Below, in pieces: positions 20,086 through 29,776 of a stretch of 64,000 bases of DNA; within the stretch, counting starts at the first letter, position 1, and each line of letters begins with the position of its first letter. Made by a program: the position numbers and the translations under genes. The DNA is taken from assembly GCA_003599735.1 (NCBI GenBank), contig QZJI01000071.1, forward strand, positions 7,778 through 71,777. The letters are read 5' to 3'. The notes below the pieces were generated by a model that was not told the DNA's origin, did not search any database, and worked only from the letters and a program-made list of their open reading frames with translations. The DNA comes from Dehalococcoidia bacterium. Its GTDB lineage: Bacteria; Chloroflexota; Dehalococcoidia; UBA2979.

Positions 20086-22598
20086 TCGCGGGCCTCCGTG
20101 CTCGGCGGTCGCTTCGCGCGCTGGCTGTTCCCGCGGCCGGGGGCCGGTGCAACGGGGACATCGAGAGCGGCATTGACGCGGTCCGTGGGGCGCGCGGCCG
20201 CGTCCTGGTGGACGCGCGCGCCGGTCGCCGGCCCCGGAGCCGTCGCGCGGGGCTCAAGCGCCGGCGACCGCTCGGCGAGGGCGCGCATCACCTCCTCGAC
20301 GACCTCGTCACGCGGGCGGCCGTGCTTCGCAGCCGAGGCCCGCGCAATCGCCCGCGCACGATCGGTCGCGTCGGGAGGCGGCGGGTCGACGCGGAAGGAG
20401 AACGCCGCCGGCCGCGCCCGTCCATCCCACCAGCGCGCGTAGCAGGTGAAGTCGTCGAGGGAGACGAGGTCTTCGACCTCGATGCCGCCGCCGAGCTCCG
20501 GCGTTAGCCGCCGCGCATCCTCGGCGCTCACCTGGAAGGCGGTCAGGCCGTCGCTGTTCGCGAAGATCGTCGGCGCGAGGTTGCGGTCGATCGCGTCGAG
20601 CTTCGCCAGCGACTGCGTCACGAGCACGAAGCTCGCGCCGTACTTGCCGAGTTCCGAGAGCATGCGCGGATAGTCGACCGCGCCGAGCGTGCTCGACTCG
20701 TCCACGAGCTGGACGACCCGCCGCCGCTCGGCCGCGGGGATCGCTACCTGCTCCTCGACGAGCAGCCCGAGCAGGTTGAGGAGGGTGGCACCGACGAGCG
20801 ACGCCGCGCCCTCGCCGAGCGCCCCGACGGCCGTGTTGACCACGAGCACGCCGCCGTCACGCAGCAAGGCACGCGGGTCAAACGTGGACTGCGCCTGCCC
20901 CAGCACGAGCCGCGACGCCTCTGTGACCGTGAACCGCCCGATCTTCGACGTCACGGGGTTCGCGGTCTGCTGCTGAAGCGTCCGTCCTGCGCGGTCGTAG
21001 TTGTCGCGCCACCACGCCGCCAGCGCCGGGTCGTCGACGTCCTGCAGCAGATGCTTCCGCAGCTTCTCGTCCGTCAGGAGCGGGGCGACGTCGAGCAGCG
21101 TGTATTGCTCGTCGCGCGCGCGCTTCCCGTTCAACTCATGCAACGTCGCGAGCGCCGCGCGCAGCGCGCCTTCCATGCGTGGTCCCCAGTTCGCGGGCCA
21201 CAGCCGGTTCAGCATCGTGACGATGTGCTCTGTGGTCCGGTCGCGATCGGGGAAGAGCGCGACGTCGATCAGGTTGAGGCCGACCGGGCGATCGAGATTC
21301 GCGAAGTCGAGGTACACCGTGCGTTCGATCAGCGCCTCAGGAATCGATCCAAGCACCGCCTCGGCGAGATCCTGGTGCGGATCGACGACGACGAGTGCCG
21401 TATCGTCCGCCCCGTCTGCGACCCGTTCCATCACGCCGCCCGCGAGGTGTCGCAGCAGCGTCGACTTCCCACGGCGCGTCTTCGCGACGATCAGGTGGTT
21501 TCGATGCACCAGCGGCACCGGGAGGTAGACCGCCACGGTGTCATCGTTCGCGTCGCCGACGCCCACGCGGACACCGCGCGCGGCGTGCCCCGGGGCGGGC
21601 GCGAGACGCCGCGCGGTGGTCCGGCGCACTCGTGCGGGCGCGGCGTTCTCCTCAGGGAGATGCCAGAGGGCGGCAGCCTCGGCCGCATTGAGACAGAGCG
21701 AGCCACCGAGCGTCCGCCGCTCGAACCGCTGGGGGCGGCGGCCGCGTACGCCACCACCGGCCGGATCGTCATAGGCGACGAAGGCCGCCGCGATTTGCGC
21801 AACCGCGGCCTCGACGCGCGCCCGCTCAGTCCCGAACGCATACACGTCGAGCCGCGCCGTGAGCAACGGGCCGCTGAGCTTGCGCTCGACGACCATGTTC
21901 GGGAGCGGGTCGGGTCGGCGCAGGAATCGCGTCCAGATCGCCGCCGCGAGAACCGATGCCGCCAGCGCTCCGCCAGTGGAAAGCGCGAGCGACATCCATT
22001 CGCCCGACTCGTACCAGCGCCAGCCCTGCAGCACGCCGGCGCCGGCGCTCAGCAGCACGAGCAGCGGGACAGGACTGGGACCGGTGCGCTCGTAGGAGTC
22101 GACACGCGTTGATCGAGACGGTTCCGCGCGACGGCGAATCTGATCGGAGGCGCGCTCCGGCGCCGGTGTGAGCGAGAGCCTGACGACCACCCGGTCCTGT
22201 CCCGCGGCCGCCGCGGCGGTCAGGACCCCGGTGAGAGGGTCACGCTCATGTCGCCAGTCCGTGCGGAGCGGGAGGATGTCCTCGGCACGGGCCTGGAGTG
22301 CGACTGCTGCCGCGTGCTCGTCCGCTCGGACCTGTGCAGGATCCTCCTCCAGCGCGACGTGCTCCACCGCGCACTGCGGGTAGGCGATCCGCACCTGTGC
22401 GATCGCGCGATCCAGGTCCGGCTCGGAGTCCGTCCGCAAGTACCAGCGCGGCCCGCCGTCCGTCACCGCGATCTCGAGCGAGACCGCGTCACTCGCGAGC
22501 GTCGCGATGAGTCCGCGCGCCGCGCTCATACTCTCCTCGAGCGCGCGCGGCGGCACGATCTCGGCGAGGACTGACGGTTCAACCGGCCGACGCCACAT
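20082..22598 (-). CDS. type IV secretion coupling protein (TraD/VirD4/TcpA-like ATPase)
   Basis: N-terminal TM helices. Walker A LIVAKTRRGKSTLL. Walker B-like VVVDPHQD. TraM-recognition-like C-terminal region. ORF could start at 22652; 22598 was chosen to reduce overlap with the primase gene. Confidence 0.75.
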   Translation of the reverse strand: MWRRPVEPSVLAEIVPPRALEESMSAARGLIATLASDAVSLEIAVTDGGPRWYLRTDSEPDLDRAIAQVRIAYPQCAVEHVALEEDPAQVRADEHAAAVALQARAEDILPLRTDWRHERDPLTGVLTAAAAAGQDRVVVRLSLTPAPERASDQIRRRAEPSRSTRVDSYERTGPSPVPLLVLLSAGAGVLQGWRWYESGEWMSLALSTGGALAASVLAAAIWTRFLRRPDPLPNMVVERKLSGPLLTARLDVYAFGTERARVEAAVAQIAAAFVAYDDPAGGGVRGRRPQRFERRTLGGSLCLNAAEAAALWHLPEENAAPARVRRTTARRLAPAPGHAARGVRVGVGDANDDTVAVYLPVPLVHRNHLIVAKTRRGKSTLLRHLAGGVMERVADGADDTALVVVDPHQDLAEAVLGSIPEALIERTVYLDFANLDRPVGLNLIDVALFPDRDRTTEHIVTMLNRLWPANWGPRMEGALRAALATLHELNGKRARDEQYTLLDVAPLLTDEKLRKHLLQDVDDPALAAWWRDNYDRAGRTLQQQTANPVTSKIGRFTVTEASRLVLGQAQSTFDPRALLRDGGVLVVNTAVGALGEGAASLVGATLLNLLGLLVEEQVAIPAAERRRVVQLVDESSTLGAVDYPRMLSELGKYGASFVLVTQSLAKLDAIDRNLAPTIFANSDGLTAFQVSAEDARRLTPELGGGIEVEDLVSLDDFTCYARWWDGRARPAAFSFRVDPPPPDATDRARAIARASAAKHGRPRDEVVEEVMRALAERSPALEPRATAPGPATGARVHQDAAARPTDRVNAALDVPVAPAPGRGNSQRAKRPPSTEARE

Positions 22599-23616
22599 CG
22601 CGCGCCCTCCTCTCCGCCTCGTCGACTGCGCGGAAGAAGGCCTCGCGTCCATCCGGTTGCACGCCCAGCTCGTTCACGTCCTTCACGCCCTCCGGAAGCT
22701 CGACCACGCGGGCGCGATCGCCGATGGATGCGGCGAGGGCGATCGCGGCCGCGCGCCCCGAGTCATCGGTATCGAGGACGAGCACCACCGACCGCGCGCG
22801 GGCGAGCAACCGCAGGGTGTCTGCACCCGGCTGGGTGCCGAGCAGCGCGCATGCCGGCAGGCCCCACCCGACGAGCGTGAGCCAGTCGAACGGCCCTTCC
22901 GTGAGGAACACTCGCTGGTGGCCGCGTGCGCGCTCGAACCCCAGCAGGGGGCGCGGCAACGCGAGGCCGCGGTACTTCGGTGAGCGCAGCCCATCCACGA
23001 TGCGCCCGACCATCCAGCCACAATGGGCACCCCGCAGGTCGGGGATGACGACGCGTCCGGCCATCGTCTCGTCGCCGCTGGGGAAGAGCAGACCGAGCTC
23101 CTGCGCGCGCTTCAGACTGAGCCGGCGGCGCTTGAGGTACGGCGCGAGCGATGTGCCGTCGCTGTAGCCGAGGCGACAGTACCTTGTCAGCCAGGGGGCG
23201 ACGCCGCGCGTCTCGACATAGCGGAGCATGCCCGGCGTCCGCAGCAAGGTCTCGTGGTAGAGCTCGCAGGCCGCGGTCAGCATCAGCCGATCGTCGAGCG
23301 AGAGCCGGAGCGGCGGTCGTGGCATCACCGGCCGGTCGATGGGTTCAGGCCGCTCCGCTCCGAGCAGCGCGACCGCTTCGCGGAAGCCGACGCGCTCCAC
23401 GCGCCGGACGAAGTCGATCACATCGCCCCCGGCCCCACACCCGAAGCAGTAGTAGCTGCTCGTCGCCGGGTACACGACCATGCTGGCGCGGCCGTCCTCG
23501 TGGAACGGGCAGCGCGCGACCAGGCGGGACCCGACCGGGCGCAGCGGCACGCCGTGCGCGGCGACCACCTCGGCGATCGCATGACGCCGCTTGATCCGTT
23601 CGACGTCAATCGCCAT
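22579..23616 (-). CDS. DNA primase (CHC2 zinc finger + Toprim)
   Basis: CPFHEDGRASM...CFGCGAGGDVIDF zinc finger. Toprim region EGPFDWLT...LDTDDSG...DVNELG. Confidence 0.85.
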   Translation of the reverse strand: MAIDVERIKRRHAIAEVVAAHGVPLRPVGSRLVARCPFHEDGRASMVVYPATSSYYCFGCGAGGDVIDFVRRVERVGFREAVALLGAERPEPIDRPVMPRPPLRLSLDDRLMLTAACELYHETLLRTPGMLRYVETRGVAPWLTRYCRLGYSDGTSLAPYLKRRRLSLKRAQELGLLFPSGDETMAGRVVIPDLRGAHCGWMVGRIVDGLRSPKYRGLALPRPLLGFERARGHQRVFLTEGPFDWLTLVGWGLPACALLGTQPGADTLRLLARARSVVLVLDTDDSGRAAAIALAASIGDRARVVELPEGVKDVNELGVQPDGREAFFRAVDEAERRARDVASAG

Positions 23617-25414
23617 CGTCGGGCTCCGTTCCGATCGTCCCAGCCGTTTCGGCGGGATTGGTCGTGGCCAACGCGTGTTCGAGCGGGCTCGCCTCGACGC
23701 GCAGCGCGATGTGATTGCCGCGCGCGAGGAACAGACCTTCGCCGCGATTGCAGGCGAGCAGGAACTCCTGCTCCTCGCGCGACAGCCGGAACGTGTCCGC
23801 GACCGTCGCGATCGTCGAGCTGTCCTGTCGCATCAGCAGTTGCACGGAGCTGTTCGCGAGCACGGTGTGGCCCTCCGCGGAGCCGAGGAAGTCCTGTACG
23901 TCCTGCGTCACCGTCGTGAGGCCGAGCCAGCGCTTGCGCGCCTGACGTGCCATCTGTGCGATGAACCGCGCGCCTTCCGGATAGCGCATCAGCGACCACG
24001 CTTCGTCGATCAGCAGCACCCGCGGTCGCGGGCGGTTCTGCACCTCGCGCCAGACGTGATCGGCGATCAGGTAGGTCGCGATCGGGCGCAACTCCTCCTC
24101 GAGGTCCCGCACGTTGAAGACGACGAAGGGGCGGTCGAGCGATGCGCTCGTGCGCTGCGCGAAGACACGGCCGAGGCTGCCGTCGACGAACCGCTGCAGG
24201 CGATCGGCGAGCCCGTACGGTTCGTTGGCGGCGCGCAGCATACCGAGCAGATCGCCGAGCACCGGCGGTGGGCGGCCGTGCGTGGCGCGGTCGTCGGTGA
24301 TCCCAGCGTTCCGGTAGGTCTCGTAGAGCGCCGTGTCGAGCACCGCGCGCTCGCGCTGGCCAAGGCTCGTCCCGGCGTCGGCCAGCATGAGACCGAGCAG
24401 GCCCTGCAACACCAGCACGCGCTCCGCCAGCCCGTCGCGCTCGTCGTCGTCGGGCCGCGGCAGGTCGAACGGGTTGATGTGATGCGCCGATGCTCCGGAC
24501 AGCCGCACCATCTGACCGCCGACCGCCTCGCAGATCCGCGCGTACTCGTCCTCCGGGTCGATGACGAGGAACTCGATCCCCAGCAGGAGCGCGCGCAGCG
24601 CCTCGACCTTGCAGGCGTAGGACTTGCCGGCGCCGCTCTTGGCGAAGACGACCTTGTTCGCGTTCTCTTGGTCGGGGCCGAACGGGTCGAAGATCACGAG
24701 CGAGTGGTTGTGGACGTTCTCGCCGTAGAGGAGCCCACGCTCGACGGCGAGGTGACTCGACGTGAACGGGATCATCGTCGCGACGCTCGACGTGTCGAGG
24801 TTGCGGCGGCGACCGAGGTAGTCCTGACCGCCGGGCAGGCACGAGAGCAATCCGGGCAGCATCTCGAACAGCGCGGTCCGGGTTTCCGCCATCATCCCCC
24901 CGAACACACCCTCCATCCGCGCCGTGGCATCGTCGAGCTGCGCAGCCGTCGCGGCGTGCAGACGCAGGTACAGGCTGGTCGAGAACACGCGCTCGTCGCC
25001 CCGCTCGAGCGTCTCGCGGAGTCGCTCGACGTCCTCGTAGGCAATCTCGCGCTCCGCGCTCGCGATCCGGCCGCCGCGGGCGTCGAGCATGCGCGATGAC
25101 TGCAACTCCACGAGACGGTGGGTCAGCATGCGGATCACATCCGCGGACTCCATGGGCTCGATGTGCATGCTCAGGTCGAGCGGTTCGTCAAAGTCGATCA
25201 CGCGGCCGAGCCAGTTGGGGCTGACATGGCGCGGATACTCGGTGAGCGCGAGCACTCGCGAGAGCCGTGCGTCGACGGCGACGTGCGTCCGCGACTCCTC
25301 GATCGCGCTCGGTGCGATCGCATCGACGACGTTGCGCGCACCCGTCTGCCACCGGCGCGCGGTGGACACCTCGACGACCGGGGCGCGATGGCGGCGAAGT
25401 CCGAGCCTAGCCAT
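23606..25414 (-). CDS. VirB4/TrbE/CagE-family conjugative ATPase, C-terminal major part
   Basis: 602 aa. Walker A FAKSGAGKS. TEYPRHVSPNWL region typical of Gram-positive VirB4 homologs. Confidence 0.85.
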   Translation of the reverse strand: MARLGLRRHRAPVVEVSTARRWQTGARNVVDAIAPSAIEESRTHVAVDARLSRVLALTEYPRHVSPNWLGRVIDFDEPLDLSMHIEPMESADVIRMLTHRLVELQSSRMLDARGGRIASAEREIAYEDVERLRETLERGDERVFSTSLYLRLHAATAAQLDDATARMEGVFGGMMAETRTALFEMLPGLLSCLPGGQDYLGRRRNLDTSSVATMIPFTSSHLAVERGLLYGENVHNHSLVIFDPFGPDQENANKVVFAKSGAGKSYACKVEALRALLLGIEFLVIDPEDEYARICEAVGGQMVRLSGASAHHINPFDLPRPDDDERDGLAERVLVLQGLLGLMLADAGTSLGQRERAVLDTALYETYRNAGITDDRATHGRPPPVLGDLLGMLRAANEPYGLADRLQRFVDGSLGRVFAQRTSASLDRPFVVFNVRDLEEELRPIATYLIADHVWREVQNRPRPRVLLIDEAWSLMRYPEGARFIAQMARQARKRWLGLTTVTQDVQDFLGSAEGHTVLANSSVQLLMRQDSSTIATVADTFRLSREEQEFLLACNRGEGLFLARGNHIALRVEASPLEHALATTNPAETAGTIGTEPDDGD

Positions 25415-26093
25415 GCGTCACCTCCGGACGTCGCGTGCCGACGATCACCGGCCGTCCGCGTGGCGGCTCGGTGCGCTGGCGGATGGCCGTGCCGGCGAGC
25501 GCGGTGCGCCAGAGGGCGGCGAGTTCGCCCTCGTCCAGCCGGCGCGTGCTGACGCCGAAGGCCGTGAGTCCCTGGCCTACCTCGGCGCAGCGGAACGTGA
25601 GCTGGCGTCCGGCGGCGAGCAGGTCCAGGCGCTCGCGCTCGCGCGTCGCGGACCGCCGCCACGGCCACGCGGGGCGGCCTCGCTGCGCCTCACGGGCACC
25701 GGCCGGGATCACGACGTAGAACCGGCGGTCGAGCAGGGTGCGCTCCCGGGCGATCCGCCGGACGAACGCCTCGTGATCGCGCGCCAGCCGGGACAACGCG
25801 TCGCCGCGTTCGGCCGCGTTGCCGGCGATCCCCGCGAGGTAGGCGTCGACGTCGGTCGGGACGACACGCGCGAGGATCTGGAGCGGGAACGACAGCCCGT
25901 TGAGGAAGCGGCGATAACCGGCGAGGATCGCCTCCTGCTCGGATTCCGACTTGAGCGCAAAGTTCACGCAGCCGGCCTGGAGCACGGCGCGGCACTCGCC
26001 CCCGCGCAGCCGGATCACGTCGCCGACGATCTCGTCGAGGGGCAGGAGGTCCTGTGCGCTCGCCACGCGGTGGCGGCCGGGCGATGCGGTCAT
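25407..26093 (-). CDS. VirB4-family ATPase N-terminal domain encoded as a separate ORF (split or frameshifted virB4)
   Basis: 228 aa resembling the VirB4 N-terminal domain (IRLRGGECRAVLQAGCVNFALKSESEQEAILAGYRRFLNGLSFPLQI). It ends at TAG 8 nt inside the next ORF, which is in the +1 frame. Confidence 0.6.
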   Translation of the reverse strand: MTASPGRHRVASAQDLLPLDEIVGDVIRLRGGECRAVLQAGCVNFALKSESEQEAILAGYRRFLNGLSFPLQILARVVPTDVDAYLAGIAGNAAERGDALSRLARDHEAFVRRIARERTLLDRRFYVVIPAGAREAQRGRPAWPWRRSATRERERLDLLAAGRQLTFRCAEVGQGLTAFGVSTRRLDEGELAALWRTALAGTAIRQRTEPPRGRPVIVGTRRPEVTHG

Positions 26094-26476
26094 GATCGGC
26101 TTCCCTCGAGTGCGGGAGCGACCGGCTCCGGCCGTACGGGAGTCGGCAACACGACCTCGCGCAGTCCTTCGCTCCGGTCGGGCATCGGGTCACGCGGACG
26201 CCAGACGGCGACGCGCGGCGTCGCCCAGAACCTGAGCACCACGAACGCCCATTCCTCCGCGGGCCGGCCGGCGGGGCGCCAGAAGACGAGCACGAGCGTG
26301 GCGACGAGCACCACGGCGGCGGCGACGAGGCGTAGCGCCAACGGCAACGGGAGGTCGCTCGTCGCCCCGTAGGCGAGCGCGAGCCCGACGGCCGCCGAGA
26401 GCAACTGGCGCATCGTCAGGCCAAGAAACGCGCGGTCGGCGGTGTTCAGGTGCGTGGGAATCTCGTGGCGCTCCAT
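26090..26476 (-). CDS. PrgI family (VirB3-like) membrane protein
   Basis: MERHEIPTHLNTADRAFLGLTMRQLLSAAVGLALAYG... plus a second TM helix. ATGA overlap with the upstream small gene. Confidence 0.65.
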   Translation of the reverse strand: MERHEIPTHLNTADRAFLGLTMRQLLSAAVGLALAYGATSDLPLPLALRLVAAAVVLVATLVLVFWRPAGRPAEEWAFVVLRFWATPRVAVWRPRDPMPDRSEGLREVVLPTPVRPEPVAPALEGSRS

Positions 26477-26712
26477 CAGGCGGCACCCATCGCGCTCTGC
26501 ACCATGCCCGCGATCACGCGGGCGAGCAGCACGATCGCCAGTCCGGCGAGTGCGTTCACGATCGCGGTCTTCCCGGCCTCCATCTGCCTCGGCGAGCCCG
26601 CGGCGGACATGTAGAGGAAGGCGCCCCACATCACGAAGAACGCCGCCACCGCCGCCGCCACGCCGATGCCGATATTCAGCAAGTTTGTGAACAGCGCATT
26701 GATCTGTTCCAT
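26476..26712 (-). CDS. small two-TM membrane protein (VirB2/TrbC pilin-like or TcpE-like T4SS component)
   Basis: 78 aa, two hydrophobic helices. First gene of the T4SS core block. Confidence 0.4.
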   Translation of the reverse strand: MEQINALFTNLLNIGIGVAAAVAAFFVMWGAFLYMSAAGSPRQMEAGKTAIVNALAGLAIVLLARVIAGMVQSAMGAA

Positions 26713-26725
26713 CCGAGTTCCTTTC

Positions 26726-27244
26726 TCAGCGCGGTGCGTCCGCGCGCACTGGTTCCTCCGAGAGCAGTTGGATCCCTGCGACCAGCCAGCGCCCGCCCTC
26801 GCGGGCCAGGCGGCAGCTCGTGCGTTGCCGCACGCGTTCGACCTGCGGTCCCGCTTTCGCGTCGCGCCAAGAGCGCGACTGGGTGGCGGTGACGACGACC
26901 GTCGCCTCGCCCCGCGAGAACGCCGTGACCGAGACCGACTCCACGGCCGTAGCGACGGACCGCTGGTGATCGCGTACCGCCGGGTCGATCGCGGCCTCCG
27001 CCAGCACCTCGCGCAGCGCGTCGGTGGTCAACGGGCGCAGGTGCTCGGCATATGAGGAGACGTCGCGCCAGTCGGAGGTGCCGACCACGACCACGAAGCG
27101 GGCCGCCGCCGCGGAGGCCGCCGCGGTCTCGTCCTCGCGTCCGGCCATCCGCGAGACACCGCGCCAGCCGCTGACGATCGCCACGATGCCCAGCAACGCC
27201 GCGAGCCCGAAGAGCGCGTATGCCGCGCCGCGTGAGGGGATCAC
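26726..27244 (-). CDS. membrane-anchored protein (possible VirB8-like component)
   Basis: GTG start overlapping the SLT gene stop (GTGA). N-terminal TM followed by a ~140 aa soluble domain. Confidence 0.4.
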   Translation of the reverse strand: MIPSRGAAYALFGLAALLGIVAIVSGWRGVSRMAGREDETAAASAAAARFVVVVGTSDWRDVSSYAEHLRPLTTDALREVLAEAAIDPAVRDHQRSVATAVESVSVTAFSRGEATVVVTATQSRSWRDAKAGPQVERVRQRTSCRLAREGGRWLVAGIQLLSEEPVRADAPR

Positions 27245-27813
27245 GGGAGCACTCCCGCGGTGCCGGCCGGGATCGCCTCCGGGCCGTGGCTCGCGTACAC
27301 CGCCATGCGTCCGAGGACGAGGGCGACGTACTCCCAGGAATGGTTGTAGGCGTACACGGCGTTTGGGATGTCGGCGGGCGCACCGGCCGCGACGAGGTAC
27401 CGCGCCATCGCGGGGATCACGTCGCGGTAGTCGTAGGGGTCGCCCCCCTGCCCGAACGCCGCCCAGCTCGCAGGCATGAACTGGCCGTAGCCGACCGCCC
27501 CGGCCCACGAGGTCGTCATGTTCGCGCCGAAGCCGCTCTCGACGGAGGCGATCGCGGCCAGCAGCGGCCACGGCACGCCGCTCTCGGCCGCCACCTCCTG
27601 CATTACCGCCAGATGGGTCGGCGGGATCGGCGGTGGCAACGCGGCATCTCCGCCCAGACCGAAGCCGAACAGCGCGGTTCCGATCCAGGCCGCCGCGACG
27701 AGCACGACGACGACGACCGGTACGACGATCAACGCGATGATCGCGGCGGCCGCCTTCACGCCCTCGCGCGGCAAGGCGTCCAGTGCGAACAGCACGACCG
27801 GGATCGCGGCCAT
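27241..27813 (-). CDS. lytic transglycosylase domain protein (VirB1-like)
   Basis: SLT motifs ASVESGFG, AGAVGYGQFMPASW, YNHSWEYV. N-terminal TM. Start chosen at MAAIPVV (27813). Confidence 0.8.
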   Translation of the reverse strand: MAAIPVVLFALDALPREGVKAAAAIIALIVVPVVVVVLVAAAWIGTALFGFGLGGDAALPPPIPPTHLAVMQEVAAESGVPWPLLAAIASVESGFGANMTTSWAGAVGYGQFMPASWAAFGQGGDPYDYRDVIPAMARYLVAAGAPADIPNAVYAYNHSWEYVALVLGRMAVYASHGPEAIPAGTAGVLP

Positions 27814-27815
27814 AC

Positions 27816-29024
27816 CTACCTCGCCGCCATGCCGGCGGCACCGGCACCGCGTTGCGCGACCGCGCCGCCGAAGCGGCTGAGGAGAACGAGCGATACCACC
27901 GAGCCGAGACCGGCATGGCGTGCCTGCCCATTGAGCAACGCCGGCATCTTCAGCGTGAGCCAGCACACGGCGATCCCGAGCAGCAGGGTGAGCAGCGCGT
28001 TAGAGGCGCTGCCGGGCGTGAGCTCCACCATCAGGGCGGTGCCGAGTCGTAACACGAGGACCTGCACGGCTTGCTGGAACACCGTGATCGGGAAGAGGTG
28101 CGACCACCAGCGCGACCAGCTCTGCGTCTGTGGGAGCACCCACATCAGCACCATTACCGGTGCGAGGACGATCAGGACGTCAATCAAGGCGAGCCGCATC
28201 AGCATCTGGAACACGAGCAGCAGCACGACGACGCCGTACGCGACGGCGACGAAGACGAGCGCCATGCCTGCCTGTTCCACACCCGCCTGGTCGTAGCCGG
28301 GCAGCCCGATTTCGCCGACCGCGCCCGCGAGCGCGTTGTTGAGGTCGATGAGGACACGGGACAGCTCGAGCGTGAGATTGAGCGCGAGCGCCGCGAGGAT
28401 GACGCGCGGCAGCATCTCCATCACGCCGTCATACGGCGTACGCGTGTGGTCCTTCGCCACGATGTTGAACCCGCCCCACATCACGATCAGCGCGAGGCCG
28501 CCGTTCGCGATCGCCCGGGAGAAGTCCCACAGCGTCCGTACGGTGGTGCTCTCGTAACTCCCCGCGGGCGGGGTGCGCGTCACGAAGTTGAGCGACGAAT
28601 CACCGATGCCGGTCGCCCAGTCGGTGAAGCCGCGGATCGCCTCGATCAGCGAACGGCCCAGCGACGTCACGACGGCGTCCAGGATCTCGCCGGCCCACTG
28701 CCGGGGATCCAGACCGCCGAGCAGATCGAACGGATTCGGCAGATCGATGGGGCCGAGCTGGGGCGTCGTGTCCGGGCCGCCCCCGCCCGGGGCAGATTCG
28801 CTCGATGACGTGCTCTCCAGGGTGGCCGGCTCGGCCCGATCGACGGCCGCGGCCGCCACCATCGTCGAACCCGGCACGAGCGTCGGCGACGCCGGGGCGG
28901 TGAAGGGCGCGCCGACGACGATGAGGTCCGCGAGCGGATCGGACACCTGCTGTGCCAAGACGGACGTAGACAGTCCGAGCCAGCAAGCGACGACGACGAT
29001 GGTGGCGAGCAGCGGCTTCTGCAA
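27816..29024 (-). CDS. VirB6/TrbL-like polytopic membrane protein
   Basis: 402 aa. Signal/TM then at least 6 TM helices. Position in the T4SS block. Confidence 0.6.
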   Translation of the reverse strand: MQKPLLATIVVVACWLGLSTSVLAQQVSDPLADLIVVGAPFTAPASPTLVPGSTMVAAAAVDRAEPATLESTSSSESAPGGGGPDTTPQLGPIDLPNPFDLLGGLDPRQWAGEILDAVVTSLGRSLIEAIRGFTDWATGIGDSSLNFVTRTPPAGSYESTTVRTLWDFSRAIANGGLALIVMWGGFNIVAKDHTRTPYDGVMEMLPRVILAALALNLTLELSRVLIDLNNALAGAVGEIGLPGYDQAGVEQAGMALVFVAVAYGVVVLLLVFQMLMRLALIDVLIVLAPVMVLMWVLPQTQSWSRWWSHLFPITVFQQAVQVLVLRLGTALMVELTPGSASNALLTLLLGIAVCWLTLKMPALLNGQARHAGLGSVVSLVLLSRFGGAVAQRGAGAAGMAAR

Positions 29025-29162
29025 CGCCGGCCCCCTTTCTCGTCAGCCGCTGGCTCCCGGTGAGCGCCTCGGCGGGTGACGTGAGGACAGCGTGCGATCC
29101 GCGCGCCACAGCATCGCCTCAATGGCGACTGAACAGCGCCCTAGATGCCGCTCGCGCGACTT

Positions 29163-29176
29163 GGTTGCGACTTAGT
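29163..29176. repeat. 14-nt direct repeat copy A (GTTGCGACTTAGTT); copy B at 44771-44784
   Basis: Identical 14-mer in two intergenic regions bracketing the Tad locus. Copy A is preceded by a half-repeat GCGACTTGGTT. Confidence 0.5.
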
Positions 29177-29218
29177 TGGACGAAAGGGTTCGAGGCGACG
29201 CTGATCGGGTGCGCTGCG

Positions 29219-29776
29219 CTAGTGGAGCAGCGCAACGATGCCGCCGAGCGCGATACATGGCGCGTATGCGATCGATCCGCCGCGGCCGACCTGTCCGGAC
29301 ACGAGGAGTGCGATCGCGACGACCCCGCCGGAGACCGCGGTCACGATCGCGGCGAGGGGAAGCGCTCCGTAGCCGACGACCAGGCCGACGAGCGTACCCA
29401 TCTTCAGATCGCCGCCACCCAGGCCGCCGCCGGTGCACCAGCCGAGGATCGCGATGCCGCCGAACGCGAGCGCGCCGCCTGCAGCGGCATCGAGAGGCCC
29501 GCGCGTGTCCCATGCCCAGGAGATCGCCAGCGCGAGCACCGCCGCCGGATAGACGACGCGGTTGGGGATGATGCGCGTCGCGGCATCGTGGAGCGCCAGC
29601 CAGACGAACGTCACCCCGAACACGGCGGATAACGCCGCGTCGAGCACGCTCCCGCCGGTCGCGCTCGCGCGCCCCCCGATCGCGATGCCGGCCACCAGGG
29701 CAAGCGAGAGATGCACGGCCCACATCGGTACGAGCGAGACGAAGGACGGACGAACGGGAGCAGACTGACTACGCAC
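29219..29776 (-). CDS. A24 family prepilin peptidase (TadV/CpaA-like)
   Basis: Polytopic membrane protein with GGGDLKMGTLVG (GGGDxK-like) and conserved Asp-containing loops. Confidence 0.7.
   Translation of the reverse strand: MRSQSAPVRPSFVSLVPMWAVHLSLALVAGIAIGGRASATGGSVLDAALSAVFGVTFVWLALHDAATRIIPNRVVYPAAVLALAISWAWDTRGPLDAAAGGALAFGGIAILGWCTGGGLGGGDLKMGTLVGLVVGYGALPLAAIVTAVSGGVVAIALLVSGQVGRGGSIAYAPCIALGGIVALLH

Noticed and set aside
19163-20507. Long ORFs on both strands (19163-20257 minus, 19419-20507 plus) within the Replic_Relax/T4CP region
   Set aside because: They are alternative frames of real genes. The translations are Arg/Pro/Ala low complexity, typical of 70% GC DNA.
26726-27931. 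401-aa ORF spanning the VirB1-like gene
   Set aside because: The SLT motifs are in the other frame (27241-27813). Only the 3' part, 26726-27244 with a GTG start, was kept as a separate downstream gene.
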